Shown: piece after piece, positions 1-10,113 of the stretch
Position numbering within the stretch: position 1 is the stretch's first letter
Layout of the letters: each line of letters begins with the position of its first letter
Virus record (IMG/VR): IMGVR_UViG_3300014005_000001
Location: 6,649 to 70,648 of that record
Strand: one strand, 5' to 3'
From: a virus
Taxonomy: Duplodnaviria > Caudoviricetes
DNA length: 64,000 nt
Position numbers and translations under genes: made by a program
Notes under the pieces: generated by a model
What the model was told of the DNA's origin: nothing
The model's input: only the letters and a program-made list of their open reading frames with translations
Database searches by the model: none

Positions 1-1154
1 CTTTTATCAGCATCACTAAGACCTACATTGATATCAGTTGTTATATTTAAAACGTCATCTTGGATTTTATCAATCTTATTCGTTTTACTAGTAAATGAAT
101 CTTTAAAATTACCAAGTATTATATCAATGTATCTCTCTTTTACAGGATCATACTTATAAGATATAACTTTTGCTTGAATGTAAATTCCGTCTTCATCATG
201 CTGCACAGTTACCGTATCGCCCATATACACTGATTGCAAAACGGCGAAATTCTTATATTCTTCTGTTTGTGATAGTTCTTGGAAACTAACTTTATATGAT
301 GCTAAAGGCTGGTCCACATGATCTTTTTCAAACATAGCGCGTGCTTTTTGTCTCAAAAGTTCGTAAGCATCTTCTAAAGGTATCGCATCCTCGTCATTTG
401 CGTAATCGCCGATAGCTGCTTTAACATCTTCAAAATCAACTTTTTTGATTTTAGGATGGACATATTTATTTATATTGCTACTCACAACATATTTTTCTGG
501 TAATAATAAACCATCAAAACCTTGCGGCATGATTTTTGTAATAGGACTTTGCCAATCAACACTCGCTTCATATCCTAATAAATCTTTCTTATGTTGAATA
601 ACAACACCACGATCACGACCGCGTTTTTCCAAAACATTTACATTGAAATTGTCCCTTTTTAATTCGCCGCCCCAACGATTTAGGAAACTATTTTCTTTCC
701 CAGTGTCTAGGATAGCTTCTATTGGATTCATTCGAACTAAACGTGCATTGTTAAGTGTTCCAATATCACTGAAAAATTCGAATCTGCTAGGATATTGGAG
801 AGCACCTTTAATTTGAACAAGCGCTCCTAATCCTGTTTTATCTACGATATTTGTATCTTCTATAAAGTTATCAATTAAATCGTAAAAAACATGATAACAA
901 AATACGCTTAAAATCCCCATTGAAGCTGAAGGATTAGCTACCCTAAACAATTGATCGCCATCAGGTGTTGGTACTTGTATCAAACTCTGGCCCTTTATAT
1001 CTAATCCATGTGGAGAGAATAACGGATATTTGAATGACAGTACGTAAACCCCATTTAAATCTTCTTGAACAGTCGCTTCATGAACAGCATCACTTAATAT
1101 ACCGATACCATTGTGTAAAAAGTCTGTTTCATCTGGTTTATAAAGTTTAATCAC
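1..1154 (-). CDS. Phage tail spike/endopeptidase (Tal-like) protein; 3' end runs off the window
   Basis: Not in the track; hand-translated from a GTG overlapping the Dit stop: MIKLYKPDETDFLHNGIGILSDA...NRWGGELKRDNF; follows Dit. Confidence 0.8.
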   Translation of the reverse strand, partial: MIKLYKPDETDFLHNGIGILSDAVHEATVQEDLNGVYVLSFKYPLFSPHGLDIKGQSLIQVPTPDGDQLFRVANPSASMGILSVFCYHVFYDLIDNFIEDTNIVDKTGLGALVQIKGALQYPSRFEFFSDIGTLNNARLVRMNPIEAILDTGKENSFLNRWGGELKRDNFNVNVLEKRGRDRGVVIQHKKDLLGYEASVDWQSPITKIMPQGFDGLLLPEKYVVSSNINKYVHPKIKKVDFEDVKAAIGDYANDEDAIPLEDAYELLRQKARAMFEKDHVDQPLASYKVSFQELSQTEEYKNFAVLQSVYMGDTVTVQHDEDGIYIQAKVISYKYDPVKERYIDIILGNFKDSFTSKTNKIDKIQDDVLNITTDINVGLSDADK

Positions 1155-1891
1155 ACATATCTACCCCTTGTTTCTAGTTCGACTTTAGAGACCGTTCCTG
1201 TCCACGATATTGTATTTTCGCCCTCTTTCAATATGGGGAAGTTACCAATCATTTTATTATTCATTGGAAAACTGCCGGAATAACATAACGACAAATCAGA
1301 ATCAACAACAACTGAATTTGCAACATCTTTAATTTGAAAAGCTATTCCGTTTACATATACAGTTATCGTCCCGCTGCCTGTAATGGTGAATTTAGGTAAA
1401 GAATAAAGCGTACCGTAGTTCATAACAGTCATTCCGGTTACTAGTTCAATAGGTTGCTCAATAATATATTCATAGGGATCTGACTTAAATGTAACTTCGA
1501 ATTGTCCATACTCTTCGAATTGATTATCAATATCTCCTATGTCCACACTTTTGATTTTTCTATAAACGTTATCATCAGTAAATGAAAGTATTTTAGCGTT
1601 TCGTAACCAGGCTTTTATCTTCCGCAATAATGGTTTTACATTATAGTCTTCTAGTAAGTTAAAATTAATTGTGAATTCAACGTCTTCATAACCGTCTTTC
1701 TTAATTAAAGAACCGTTTTCTCTGCCTGGAATATTAATAAATTCGACTTTTTCTTTTGCACTAGGGATATTAGGACGATCTACCATACAAACATGGTAGA
1801 ATCGCCCTAACTTATCATCTATTCTAATATCCAGCACAGTTATCTCCTCCCTATCCCAATGTTTAACTGTTGTCCTTTTTGAGCAAACCAA
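1151..1891 (-). CDS. Distal tail protein (Dit)
   Basis: 246 aa directly after the TMP; IPGRENGSL, F..DPYEY and LKEGENTISW motifs. Confidence 0.8.
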   Translation of the reverse strand: MVCSKRTTVKHWDREEITVLDIRIDDKLGRFYHVCMVDRPNIPSAKEKVEFINIPGRENGSLIKKDGYEDVEFTINFNLLEDYNVKPLLRKIKAWLRNAKILSFTDDNVYRKIKSVDIGDIDNQFEEYGQFEVTFKSDPYEYIIEQPIELVTGMTVMNYGTLYSLPKFTITGSGTITVYVNGIAFQIKDVANSVVVDSDLSLCYSGSFPMNNKMIGNFPILKEGENTISWTGTVSKVELETRGRYV

Positions 1892-4800
1892 TCATCCGCT
1901 TTTTCAAACATCTTATTAAGATCACTTTCATTATTTACAGTAGTGTGGAAAGTGACTTCATTTTTAATTTCTTGTTGTGGCTGCATGATTGTTAGTCCTT
2001 TTGCGAACGACATCGCATCATTAGCTACATTAGGAAGATTAGAAAGAAGTCCGTCCGCCGATAAAGATTTGTTCATTTTTGTTATTGCATCGCCAATTGA
2101 TCCGCCAGTTGAGGCGAATGAAGTCATAGGAGCAAATCCACGCGCTAAAGCTGGCATATCCGCTGACATAGGTGCTATAGATGCAAATGAAGCGGGAGAA
2201 GCAAAACTTGCTGTATCAGCGCTAAATGGCATCGAGAATGAGAAGCTTGAAAATGGATTCAATTTATTTAAAATACCACCTGCTCTATTCCAAGCACTCG
2301 TTATTTTACCTACGATGTTATCCATAATTCTGCTGATCGTATTGTAAAGATTGTTGAAAAAACTAATGACTTGGTTAATAGGATACATTATTGAATTCAT
2401 TGTATTAGACATGCGATCCCAGTTTCTTTGTACAGTATTACTAATAGTGCTGGCTACATTCGACACCTTAGAACTCAAACTATCCCACACACCGCCTACA
2501 GTATCACGAACTCTATTCCATGCACCGGAAGTCAATGAACTTATCGTATTCCACGAACCATCTACCTTACTCCGTACATTATCAACTTTATTCGACACGG
2601 TAGAAGATATCTTGTCCCAAACGCCGGATACAACGCTAGAAACTTGATTCCACTTTTCAGAAGTTGCGTCTTTTACCGTATTCCATCCGCTAGACACAAT
2701 TTCTCTCGCTTTTGAAATCTTTTCACTTATACTTCCAGTTATTTTATTCCAAGCATCAGAAATTAAAGTAGAGACTTTGTTCCACGCTTCGGACGTAACT
2801 TTTGAGATTGTGTCCCAGTTCCCTTTCACAGTATCGTAGACTTTTCGACCAAAATCAGTGACTATCTTGGAAATCCATTCCCAAAAACTGCGCAATTGAT
2901 TAACTATCCAATTCCAAGTATCGTAAGTAGCCGTTTTGATCATATTCCATAATTCGGATATGGTATTAATCAGCATATCTTTATATTTATTGAACGTATC
3001 TTTTATAGCATTCCAGGCTTGTTCTATATAAGGTTTTATCCATTCCCAAAATTTAGTGACAGGTTCTTTTATCTGATCCCAAATCAAAATGAAAACTGTC
3101 AATAACGCTCTAAGCGGTAAAGTTATAATGTTAAACAAGATATTCCAAGCTGTTTGCGCTATTTCTTTCAAACCTTCCCAAAATGCAGAAAAACCATCTT
3201 TAACAGCTGTCCAAGCTTCGTCGCAAATTTGTTTGAATGAAGCCCACATTTCGGAAAACCATTGCAGAATACCATTCAAAATTTCTTGTGCTTTAGTTCC
3301 AACTGCTGTCCAGAAGTCGCTCCAAGCCGTTTTGAATTCTTCCCATTTTGTAGTGAAGTATTGAACTACGCCGTCCCACCATACACCTAAATTGGTTTTG
3401 AGTTGTTCCCAAATAGCGGAACAGGATTCGCTTACACTTGCCCACATTTCAGAAAACCATGTTTTAAATTGTTCCCACTTTTCTTTTAACCAGTCAGTTA
3501 CGCCACCCCAGTTGTTGAATATTGCTATTGCAGCAGTTACAACGGCAATGATTCCGACAATAGCGGCAACTACAGCAGCTACAGGTGCACCAATGAAACC
3601 AGCGATCACAGTTACAACAACTGCTATTCCTTCAGCTAACATTGAAATAACACTGATAACACCACTTATTAACGGTCCTGCTTTCATAAATAAACCTATG
3701 AGTGAACCTATTCCACTGATAAAAGGCCCTAGTATCATCATGACAGGACCTAATACGGTGGCTATTCCACCGATTATAGCTATAGTTTTTTGCGCTTCTG
3801 GGGATAGTGACTTAAAGGCATCAGCAATGGATTTAGCAGCATTTTTTACATCCGGCATGATCTTTTCGCCTAGCTCTAAAAGCATTTCTCCAATAGGGCG
3901 CATTGCATCTTGAAATTCTCTTAATGTCTTTTGGAACTTAACACCAAATGTGTCTTCTTGTATTTTCCTTAAATTATCAACGGCGCCTTTTTGACTTTGC
4001 AAACTACTAGTTGATTCGCCCATAGCGTAAACAACTTGATTCCCTAAGTCTTCAAATTTAGTTCCCATTAGCGCTACGCCAAGTTGTGTAGCATCGACCT
4101 GGTTATCCATACCTTTTAAGTCTTTGATAATAGCGTAGAAGACGTCAGATGCAGGGCGTTGACCTTTCTTGAACTCTTCCCACATTTGTTGTGTTCCTTT
4201 AGACATTTGTCCCATCGCGTCAGAAGTAGATTTTGAACCATCTTGAATACGTATTCCGTACTCTTTAACTAGGTCGTTGACAAAATCAAGATTATATGCT
4301 CCAGCTTGCAACCCGTTTTTCAAGATATTCAACATCTGTTCAGAAGAAAATTGAGCTTGCTTAAACAATGGAACGTATTCAGCTAAGTTATCCGTGAATT
4401 CATGCGATACATCTAAACCACCTTGCATACCTACAGTGATGAAATCTAATGCTTCCTTACCTGTCATTCCATACTGTTTCATTAATTGGTTTGCACCACG
4501 GGTCGTTTCTCCTAAATCCATATCGAACGTTTTAGAAAGTGCTAAAATACCTTCTGTAACGCCTTCTATTTCGTCGAGCGGAACATCCTCCATGTTTTGC
4601 CAAACTTTAACCACTGTTTGGTTAACTTCATTTAGACTTTCTCCCCAACCTTTTCTAAAGACGTTTTCGGCAACTTTACCTACATTTTGAGCACCTTTTT
4701 CCGTCAAACCTAATGATGCTTGTATTTGTTTTTGCGATGAATCGAAATCAACGGCCCACTTTGTAGAAGCAGCAGCAACAGCACCCAAAGCAGGTGTAAC

Positions 4801-5634
4801 GGTTCCTGTTAAATTGCCACCGATATCTTTCGTAGCTTGCCCTACTTTATGCAACTTAGAAGATGCAGCTTCTGCCGTACTTCCTTGTTCTCTTAAAGCT
4901 GTACTAGCTTGGTTTACTTCTGTTTTTAAACGGTTCTCCGCTTCTCTAGCCTGGTTTAATTTAGTTTCTAATTTAGCAACTTCTGTTGAGTTTTGGCCAT
5001 ACGCTGTTTTTGCTTGTGCTAATTGTTGTTCTAAGTTCCGAACGGTCTTACCACTCATATCTAAACTTTGTCTTAATTGGCTTTGTTTCTGTTCTAACTT
5101 TTGTGATTCCGACGCATTTTCGCCTAATTGAGAACGTTCTAACGCTAATGCCGATTGTAAACGTTTAGATTCGTCAGCTAATTGCGCTTCAGCTCTCTTC
5201 AATTCTTCTAACTTCTGTTTCGATTTACCGGATTCACTATTTCTTTCAGCTTCAGCTTGTTGGGCTTGTCTTAATGATCTAGTAGTAGTTTCTACCTGGT
5301 TTGACAAGTTTGACTCAGCCAACATTGCTTTTCGTAAAGCTTCCTCAGCTTTTTTGACTTCAGTAGAATTTTCTCCCCACACTTGTTTCGCTCTGTTTAA
5401 TTGGTCAGTAGCTTCTTTAGTTTTCTGTTTAGATAGTTCGTATTGTTTCTGAAGTGTGGATAGAGTAGCAGTTAATTTATCTGTTTCAGAACCATTTAAT
5501 TTCATTTGGGATTGCGTTAACTTTAATTCTTGTGTTAACGCTCTGTTTTCCTGGTTAATATCGGCTATTCTGTTTTTATAATCGGCTGTATCAGCCTTAA
5601 ATTTAATTATGGTTTCCTTCGAAGGCGCAGCCAC
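1840..5634 (-). CDS. Tape measure protein (unit A)
   Basis: 1264 aa; coiled-coil N-terminus, TMP core, Trp-periodic repeats; follows the tail chaperone. Confidence 0.92.
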   Translation of the reverse strand: MAAPSKETIIKFKADTADYKNRIADINQENRALTQELKLTQSQMKLNGSETDKLTATLSTLQKQYELSKQKTKEATDQLNRAKQVWGENSTEVKKAEEALRKAMLAESNLSNQVETTTRSLRQAQQAEAERNSESGKSKQKLEELKRAEAQLADESKRLQSALALERSQLGENASESQKLEQKQSQLRQSLDMSGKTVRNLEQQLAQAKTAYGQNSTEVAKLETKLNQAREAENRLKTEVNQASTALREQGSTAEAASSKLHKVGQATKDIGGNLTGTVTPALGAVAAASTKWAVDFDSSQKQIQASLGLTEKGAQNVGKVAENVFRKGWGESLNEVNQTVVKVWQNMEDVPLDEIEGVTEGILALSKTFDMDLGETTRGANQLMKQYGMTGKEALDFITVGMQGGLDVSHEFTDNLAEYVPLFKQAQFSSEQMLNILKNGLQAGAYNLDFVNDLVKEYGIRIQDGSKSTSDAMGQMSKGTQQMWEEFKKGQRPASDVFYAIIKDLKGMDNQVDATQLGVALMGTKFEDLGNQVVYAMGESTSSLQSQKGAVDNLRKIQEDTFGVKFQKTLREFQDAMRPIGEMLLELGEKIMPDVKNAAKSIADAFKSLSPEAQKTIAIIGGIATVLGPVMMILGPFISGIGSLIGLFMKAGPLISGVISVISMLAEGIAVVVTVIAGFIGAPVAAVVAAIVGIIAVVTAAIAIFNNWGGVTDWLKEKWEQFKTWFSEMWASVSESCSAIWEQLKTNLGVWWDGVVQYFTTKWEEFKTAWSDFWTAVGTKAQEILNGILQWFSEMWASFKQICDEAWTAVKDGFSAFWEGLKEIAQTAWNILFNIITLPLRALLTVFILIWDQIKEPVTKFWEWIKPYIEQAWNAIKDTFNKYKDMLINTISELWNMIKTATYDTWNWIVNQLRSFWEWISKIVTDFGRKVYDTVKGNWDTISKVTSEAWNKVSTLISDAWNKITGSISEKISKAREIVSSGWNTVKDATSEKWNQVSSVVSGVWDKISSTVSNKVDNVRSKVDGSWNTISSLTSGAWNRVRDTVGGVWDSLSSKVSNVASTISNTVQRNWDRMSNTMNSIMYPINQVISFFNNLYNTISRIMDNIVGKITSAWNRAGGILNKLNPFSSFSFSMPFSADTASFASPASFASIAPMSADMPALARGFAPMTSFASTGGSIGDAITKMNKSLSADGLLSNLPNVANDAMSFAKGLTIMQPQQEIKNEVTFHTTVNNESDLNKMFEKADDWFAQKGQQLNIGIGRR

Positions 5635-5831
5635 TATTTACCACTCTCCTTTTCTTCCATATAGGATTTCCAACCTAAATAAGCGCTTTTATTTTCAGCT
5701 ATTCTTTGAACGTCACGTAAAGGAAGATTCCAGAAGTCATGCTCCGAAATTTCAAAAATAAATACGTAGAGACTGTATATGTCAACTATGTACTCGATCT
5801 CATATTTCGGAAGTTTTAACCCTTTTTTCCC
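5634..5831 (-). CDS. -1 frameshift extension of the tail assembly chaperone (lambda gpGT-like)
   Basis: Slippery G GGA AAA at 5831-5825; the -1 frame is open (GKKGLKLPKYEIEYIVDIYSLY...ESGK) to a TAG overlapping the TMP start. Confidence 0.65.
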   Translation of the reverse strand, partial: GKKGLKLPKYEIEYIVDIYSLYVFIFEISEHDFWNLPLRDVQRIAENKSAYLGWKSYMEEKESGK

Positions 5832-6181
5832 GCTTTTGCTTGGAAACCTTTAGCCATATTGTTTTTACCTTTACCACTTAGAATCGCACCGAAAATTTCG
5901 AACGCTTCTTCCATGTTGATCTCGTATTGCTGCATGAATGTTTCAAAATCCATATATTCTTTTGGAGTAGCTTGACGATAAGCTGCATAAACAGTTCTAA
6001 AAGTGTCTAATAAATCAATATTTTGCATTCCGCCAGCGCTGAATAACGTACTTAAAAATGACTTGTTAATGATGCCTTCTTTTTCTAAATTGAATAATGT
6101 CCAAGCTGTTAAATTTGCATTAACCTTTACTTCTCTCGATTCGTTTGTTTCCTGATTTGTTAATGTGATAGTTTTTAACAT
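5816..6181 (-). CDS. Tail assembly chaperone
   Basis: Between the major tail protein and the TMP; ends in a slippery site. Confidence 0.7.
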   Translation of the reverse strand: MLKTITLTNQETNESREVKVNANLTAWTLFNLEKEGIINKSFLSTLFSAGGMQNIDLLDTFRTVYAAYRQATPKEYMDFETFMQQYEINMEEAFEIFGAILSGKGKNNMAKGFQAKAGKKG

Positions 6182-6256
6182 GTAAATCTCTCCCTTTTAG
6201 CTAAAATTAAAAGGCGCCCAATTAAGAGCGCCTTACATAGTAAATCTTATTTTTTA

Positions 6257-6817
6257 TTAACCTGTAGTCTTTTGAAGGCTTGCAGGATCGAATTTTGTTA
6301 ACCAAGTCGTTTCGACTGTTCCCGTTAAATTGATACCTTCGTAATAAAGTTGTCCGTAAGCATCAGGTAAAGCTGTAATTTCTAGTTCAAATTCCGCTAA
6401 TTCTTCAGCACCGTTTTCCACACTCTTTACATATCCAGTAGCAGCAGTGCAGTTAGGGAATGCGATTAAACGTTTGTTACCTTCAAAAATATCAGCTTCT
6501 TCAGCCACGAACGAGAAATCTTTCCCGATGCTATCAATACCGTATGCGTAAACATCGGCTACTAAACCATCATTTGTAATACCGAAAATGTCACGTAATA
6601 CTTTTAATTGCATATGGCCACTAATTGTAACGGTTAATTGAGAAGGTTTGGATTTCTTCTTTTGAATAACACCACCACATAATTTCGAAATTGATTTAAT
6701 TTCTGTTTCTGCATCTAGCTTTCCAACACAACCGAATGGCTCGGAAACCGTTGCCCCTTTAAATAAAACACTTGCATTTTTAATCTCAACCGCATCAAAC
6801 ACATCAATTGTAGGCAT
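6257..6817 (-). CDS. Major tail protein
   Basis: 186 aa, beta-rich, acidic; synteny. Confidence 0.8.
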   Translation of the reverse strand: MPTIDVFDAVEIKNASVLFKGATVSEPFGCVGKLDAETEIKSISKLCGGVIQKKKSKPSQLTVTISGHMQLKVLRDIFGITNDGLVADVYAYGIDSIGKDFSFVAEEADIFEGNKRLIAFPNCTAATGYVKSVENGAEELAEFELEITALPDAYGQLYYEGINLTGTVETTWLTKFDPASLQKTTG

Positions 6818-7228
6818 TTAATTTCCTCCTAATTTCTTATTAATTTCTTCTATCAAAGCTTTATTTAACTCTTCAGCAGCTTGTTCAGCTTTTTTATCCA
6901 CACCATGCTCCATGAAGTTTAAAGGAGATCTCCTTTTACTTGTACCTACACCTAAATCCGGAAACACTAAGTAACTGAATTTAGCTTTAGGTTTAATTCT
7001 TAATGTCAAGTTTTCCCTTGTATCTGCACTAAGTGACTTGTATAACTTAGCGTGTGGTTTATCTCTATCTGAAATCGGTATTAAACCCAGGATAGATTTT
7101 TCCATAATAGGCGCTATTGTAGAACCTAATTCTTTGTTAATCACTGTTTCAGCAATATCCGGTAATTGTTTAATGTTATTTTGTAATGCTTCAAATTGCG
7201 AGAAGTCCATTGTGTAATTAGCACACAT
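6818..7228 (-). CDS. Neck/tail-completion protein (HK97 gp10-like)
   Basis: Size and synteny; VFPDLGVGTS segment. Confidence 0.55.
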   Translation of the reverse strand: MCANYTMDFSQFEALQNNIKQLPDIAETVINKELGSTIAPIMEKSILGLIPISDRDKPHAKLYKSLSADTRENLTLRIKPKAKFSYLVFPDLGVGTSKRRSPLNFMEHGVDKKAEQAAEELNKALIEEINKKLGGN

Positions 7229-7607
7229 TTTTTATCACCCTCGATAAATCAAACCGAATAACATCCACAAAATACTCAGTATCTTTCTTTCTCATTCGAT
7301 CTTTAACTGTCTTGCTGCAGCTATGCCCAGTTGGGGACAAAGAATTCATGAATGATAATTGTAATATGTCTAAATCCTCCCTGTTTTCAGAGAAGAAATA
7401 GACAATTACATCTTGTTTAAACGTTACCGGGCTAATCCTTTCAAACCCGCCCGTCTCGAATACAACGTGATTTATTTTAGATAAGTCTGCTTCATCTTCC
7501 TGGACGGCATCTTGATAAATTCCAGCACCAGTAAAGAATGCTTCTAGATGTTCCACAAGTTTAGTATTATACTTTTCAATCAACTGTTCCGGATTCATCA
7601 AGACCAC
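7218..7607 (-). CDS. Putative tail terminator/completion protein
   Basis: Synteny within the neck module. Confidence 0.5.
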   Translation of the reverse strand: MVLMNPEQLIEKYNTKLVEHLEAFFTGAGIYQDAVQEDEADLSKINHVVFETGGFERISPVTFKQDVIVYFFSENREDLDILQLSFMNSLSPTGHSCSKTVKDRMRKKDTEYFVDVIRFDLSRVIKNVC

Positions 7608-7941
7608 CTACCTTTTGGAGATATAAGAACAAACTCTTTTTAGAACGATCTGTTTTGATAATGCTGTAATTCTCGTCTTGTAAACGGATTGTTAATCTGT
7701 CCACATTCTTGCTGTTAAATACAGGTGCATTCAGAACTTCAATTTTTCTATCTAACTGTTCCCCAACACTTTCAGCAAATTGAATATCCACTTCTCGAAA
7801 AGACATTTCGGAGAAACGTAATTTAGCAATCTCGATGGGTTTATGTCCTATCACCTTTTTAGCAGCGTTTCTAATAGTTTCCTGCTTCATGACACTGACA
7901 AAACCGTCATTAAATGTTTTTCTATGCTGTTCAATTGCCAT
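7576..7941 (-). CDS. Head closure protein (head-tail adaptor)
   Basis: Synteny after the connector; FNDG...LRFSEMS pattern. Confidence 0.6.
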   Translation of the reverse strand: MAIEQHRKTFNDGFVSVMKQETIRNAAKKVIGHKPIEIAKLRFSEMSFREVDIQFAESVGEQLDRKIEVLNAPVFNSKNVDRLTIRLQDENYSIIKTDRSKKSLFLYLQKVGGLDESGTVD

Positions 7942-8254
7942 CAGAAACCTTCCTTTCGTCTAATGCTACTTGGAATGTCAAACGTGAAAGTGGTTGTTCG
8001 AAATTAGATTCAAATTGATCTAAAGCATTGTTGTATTCATATCGAATGCGATTTATAACCAACTCACGTGCAACTAAATTGACCTTTAGATCAAGTACAG
8101 CGCCTACTAAGTCATTAATATAGTAAACGGAACGATCTATTAGCTTTACGATGTCGTTGTCTTCTTCAGTCCACGTAATAGCTAGTGCGTGTTTTACATC
8201 ATCTAACAAATCAAAAGGCGACTGTAACGTCGCCGGTAATTGATTGTCACTCAT
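7931..8254 (-). CDS. Head-tail connector (gp6-like)
   Basis: LLDDVKHALAITWTEEDNDIVKLI motif directly after the capsid gene. Confidence 0.7.
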   Translation of the reverse strand: MSDNQLPATLQSPFDLLDDVKHALAITWTEEDNDIVKLIDRSVYYINDLVGAVLDLKVNLVARELVINRIRYEYNNALDQFESNFEQPLSRLTFQVALDERKVSDGN

Positions 8255-8267
8255 AAAGGATCACTCC

Positions 8268-9392
8268 TTATTTAGTAGGTGCTGGAGTAGTCATCGCTGT
8301 AGCTGGGTCTTTCATTGTTGAAATATCATAAACTAAGAATGAAAGATTCTCTTCAGCACGTCCGTTAGCATACATCTTAGCAATATATAAATCTTCGTCT
8401 TCGATAGCTCGTGTTTGATCATAAACATCTAAACGTTGTGCGCCGCCTAATCCTAAGAAGTAATCTTTGGCCATACCAGCAATTAACTTACCTTTTGGAA
8501 CTGCGTTAGATTTAATAATCTTACCTGGGATTGGAAGGACGTTGTAAGCATAAGTTCCATCAGCATTAGGACGTGTAGTGTAACCAAAAATTTTAGCCCA
8601 ATAATCTACTGGATTAACAATTAGTAATACGTTTTCTGGATTGCGTTTGCCGTCTTTTGTAAGTAAAGCCATAATGTTTCCTAAAGTGAATGGAGAGAAG
8701 TTTTCTAGTGCTCCAGTTACCGCTTTATCAGCATGAACGCCGTTAGTCACTGTTAGTAAGTCTTTTAACATACCGACTGGTTGATCTTTTCCTGTACCAT
8801 TAACGATTGCTAATTCTAAAGCAATTTTTAATGACTCTACTAATACAGTACGAACATAGCGATCTAGCCAAACTGGTCCAAGATCCAACATTGCTTTACA
8901 CACAGGCATGAAAGCAGATAATTTGTATTGATTAACATCAATCGTTTCAAAACCTTCGTCTAAAAGTTCTTTATGAGCAGCACATAATTTGCCCCAGAAC
9001 GCTGTTTGAACGTCACCTTTTTTAAGAATCCATTCAGTTAAAGCACCTACGTTAACAAAGTTGATTTCGTTTAACAACTCATGATTTTGTGTTAATTCTT
9101 CAAATACACGCTCGATTACAGTTGGTGGCACTAATGCTTCAGTACCAGCGAATGAAGCGCCTGCAATTACTTGATTATAATACTTAGTTTCTTGACTAGT
9201 TAAAGCGCGGCCACCGCGTGCAGCTAAAATAGCTTGATCACTAGATTGAACAGATGCTTGTTGTAAAATTTCATTTTGAATACCTTCAGCGAATTGAATT
9301 AATGCATTATCTACTTGTGCCGGCGTACCAGACGCTAATACCTCGCTTAATTGTTGACGATTTGCAATTTTTGATTCTAAGTCTTTACCCAT
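8268..9392 (-). CDS. Major capsid protein, HK97 fold
   Basis: 374 aa; LVPPTV and IVNGTGKDQPVGML motifs. Confidence 0.92.
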   Translation of the reverse strand: MGKDLESKIANRQQLSEVLASGTPAQVDNALIQFAEGIQNEILQQASVQSSDQAILAARGGRALTSQETKYYNQVIAGASFAGTEALVPPTVIERVFEELTQNHELLNEINFVNVGALTEWILKKGDVQTAFWGKLCAAHKELLDEGFETIDVNQYKLSAFMPVCKAMLDLGPVWLDRYVRTVLVESLKIALELAIVNGTGKDQPVGMLKDLLTVTNGVHADKAVTGALENFSPFTLGNIMALLTKDGKRNPENVLLIVNPVDYWAKIFGYTTRPNADGTYAYNVLPIPGKIIKSNAVPKGKLIAGMAKDYFLGLGGAQRLDVYDQTRAIEDEDLYIAKMYANGRAEENLSFLVYDISTMKDPATAMTTPAPTK

Positions 9393-9405
9393 TGTAAAGT
9401 ACCTC

Positions 9406-10113
9406 CTATAGTTTGATAGATTTTAATAATGAAGCCATAAAGTTTGCTGATTTCTCAGCGTTTTGAATACGTTTGTCACCTTCGTTTTCGATAGGTGCTT
9501 CTTCTTCCGGTTCATCAATAACCGGTTCTTCGTTGTCCACACTTTCTATTGAATCTACAATTTCATCACAGAAACCATAAGATTTAGCTGTTTCAGCAGT
9601 CATGTAAGTTTCGTTATCTAATAACGCTTCTAATTCGTGAAATTCGCCGTTAAAACGATTTCTATATGATTGGATCAAAGCGTCATCAACATCGCGCAAC
9701 ATTTTGGCTTGCTTTTCTAACGAATCAGCATTACCGTACGCATAAGTTGAAGCCCTATGAACCATCATTGTTGTATTAGATGGCATGATAATTTTGTCAG
9801 CTCCCATTGCAATTAAAGAAGCAGCAGAAGCAGCAAGACCATCAATAACGGCTGTAACAGAAGCCTTATGACTTCTTAGGTAGTTACAAATCGCAATACC
9901 TTCGAATGCATCACCACCACCGGAATGAATGTGTAATTCAATTTCGTCAGCATCAATGTTATCGAACATTTCGCGAGTCTTTTTAGCGTTAATATCGCCC
10001 CACCAACCAGCACCAACAGTTCCATGCATATAAGCGACTACTTTTTTACTGTTCTCCTGATTCTCCATCATTAGGAACTTCGGTTGAATCTTTTCCATTT
10101 CCATCAATTCCAC
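9406..10113 (-). CDS. ClpP-like head maturation protease
   Basis: HIHSGGGDAFEG, DGLAASAAS, MMVHRA and ETYMTAE Clp motifs. Confidence 0.9.
   Translation of the reverse strand: MELMEMEKIQPKFLMMENQENSKKVVAYMHGTVGAGWWGDINAKKTREMFDNIDADEIELHIHSGGGDAFEGIAICNYLRSHKASVTAVIDGLAASAASLIAMGADKIIMPSNTTMMVHRASTYAYGNADSLEKQAKMLRDVDDALIQSYRNRFNGEFHELEALLDNETYMTAETAKSYGFCDEIVDSIESVDNEEPVIDEPEEEAPIENEGDKRIQNAEKSANFMASLLKSIKL

Noticed and set aside
2350-3560. Trp-periodic repeats in the tape measure gene
   Set aside because: Ordinary 11/22-residue TMP periodicity; no identical DNA repeats with spacers, so not CRISPR
1943-5168. Many + strand ORFs opposite the unit A tape measure gene
   Set aside because: Shadow frames of a long coding gene; no RBS or recognisable domains
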